Shown here: piece after piece, positions 62,361-64,000 of the stretch
Numbering within the stretch: position 1 is the stretch's first letter
How the letters are laid out: the number at the start of each line of letters is the position of its first letter
Origin: Pecten maximus
Lineage: Eukaryota
Assembly: GCF_902652985.1 (NCBI RefSeq)
Contig: NC_047015.1
Span: 20,522,001 to 20,586,000, forward strand
Length of the DNA stretch: 64,000 bases
Reading direction: 5' to 3'
Program-made: the position numbers and the translations under genes
Notes under the pieces: generated by a model
Seen by the model: only the letters and a program-made list of their open reading frames with translations
What the model was told of the DNA's origin: nothing
Databases searched by the model: none

Positions 62361-62959
62361 GTACGAAACGACTCGGTGTCTGCCCGATTCGTTTAAGCAA
62401 GTATCCTATGATCCGGTTAAACCACGGTGTTTAGCGATTTAGAGATTGGCAATGCATGACGAAGATCATCCAAACAAGCTATCGTCGGCCATGATTGGCG
62501 ATTTCGGCTTTCTACACGATACTATGGTAATGAAATATTAAAGTCCTCTTTTATAACATTCCTCTGTACTTGATTCATCACGCTTGACTGAACACAGTGA
62601 TATCTTATTAAACGTTATTAAAATTGAACAGCCTTATTAATTCCTATTCCATCTTCATGCGGCATAAATTATCCCTGTTCTGTCCTCAGTGAACCGTAAA
62701 CTATCAATATTACAAGTCAATGGCCTACATGGAAAGTCACTTAGTGTATCGGCTCCCTCTGACGATACTCAATAGCCAGGTATAGATTCCAGTATGGAAC
62801 TGTTTGTAAAGATACAAAGGTAGAAAACAACACAGCTCTTATCATAACACAAAATATAACGATCACCATCCAGGTTTAGGAGGTAATAACGAAACGAAAA
62901 TAACAGCTAAATGGATTATTTACATTGCGAAAAAGCAGTGCAGAGTATACAGTACACTA

Positions 62960-63205
62960 TGCAATCCTAGTTCAGACAATAGATATATACCACGCAATCC
63001 TAGTTCAAGCAAGAACTTTATACTAAATAATCCTAGTCAATGCAATATTCATACACCACGCAATCCTAGGTAAGATAATATTCATACACCATGCAATCCT
63101 ATTCGACAATATTCATACACCACGCATTTCTAGTCCCGACAATATTCATAAAAAACAACACGTAATCTTAGTTCAGTAAATATCTATACACCATGCAATC
63201 CTTGT
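62960..63205. repeat. Degenerate ~36-bp repeat (caatattcatacaccacgcaatcctag)
   Basis: About 7 diverged copies. Confidence 0.65.
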
Positions 63206-64000
63206 ATTTATTTATAGATAATCATACTGTTTATGTGGATATCACGTGACCATATAAGGTAGATTCCAATAAACATTGAGAGGCGCTAATATCATTTGTG
63301 TCTTTTTACAATTCTTAGAAACTAATTTTGATCGGCCTGTTTAAATTGAAGTAATATTAAACCATAAGTAATGCGATATTGATGGCTTTGTTACGGTTAT
63401 TCTCGTCATGAACAAAGCCTACCTATATAGGTATACGATTGGAATTCCTAAGACAAATTTACCTGTAAAGACGAAGATAGGATTACTCTACATTTTAACG
63501 CTATAATTCTACAGCAAACAGTACCTGATCCCTAATCCTCTTAACTTTAATCGTCTTTTCTTTCAAATAAATATAAAGTATATATCACCTGGCTATCCTG
63601 TGGTCAGCCGGTGGTCAACCAATTGTCCAAAGTACTTATAGCCTGATCTATTAAATTAATAAGTTTTGTCGACTCTGCAAAGTGCATTTTGGCAATGACA
63701 CCACCTTTATAGTTCTATCCAGAACAACTTACATCTACAATATACCAGGACTTAAGAAAATCGCTAATCATTACCTCAACATAACGATTCTATTAACGAA
63801 CTCTGTACAGTACCACAGGACAATGTACCAGTGTCACGCCGAGCCAACCCTGAGAGGACACCGACGAACGGGATTCTGATACAGCATCACCGTCCACCGT
63901 CCACCGTCCACCCGGGATAAAACTGATTTAGGGACTAATTTCTTAATTATTTGTTAAAGTATTTGAAACATTTACAGCTGTAATAAAAATTAAGAAATAA

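Overview
AT-rich, intron- and tandem-repeat-rich animal DNA, very probably from a pectinid scallop (judged from the opsin). It holds three spliced host genes. (1) An MFSD1-like major facilitator transporter on the minus strand (exons 30-15218, running off the window start). (2) A secreted SRCR-LDLa-SRCR-trypsin modular serine protease on the minus strand (18302-35350). (3) A Gq-coupled rhabdomeric opsin (SCOP1/OPSGq1-type) on the plus strand (36773-52087), head-to-head with the protease. Opsin intron 2 carries an 8.1-kb TTAA-flanked Kolobok DNA transposon with a decayed transposase and a P2X7-ballast-like (KolX) gene, itself invaded by a Helentron-type satellite-carrying element. The most unusual signal is that four intronic tandem arrays are amplified copies of the neighbouring exon/intron junction, giving ~137 acceptors, 10 donors, ~10 degenerate donors, and an array of complete acceptor-exon-donor cassettes, four of which are in-frame substitutes for an MFS exon. 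A whole MFS exon is also tandemly duplicated. All three host genes carry one +1 frameshift in a G/C run, which may be assembly error. Most long ORFs in the supplied track are satellite artefacts. All coordinates and counts were done by hand.
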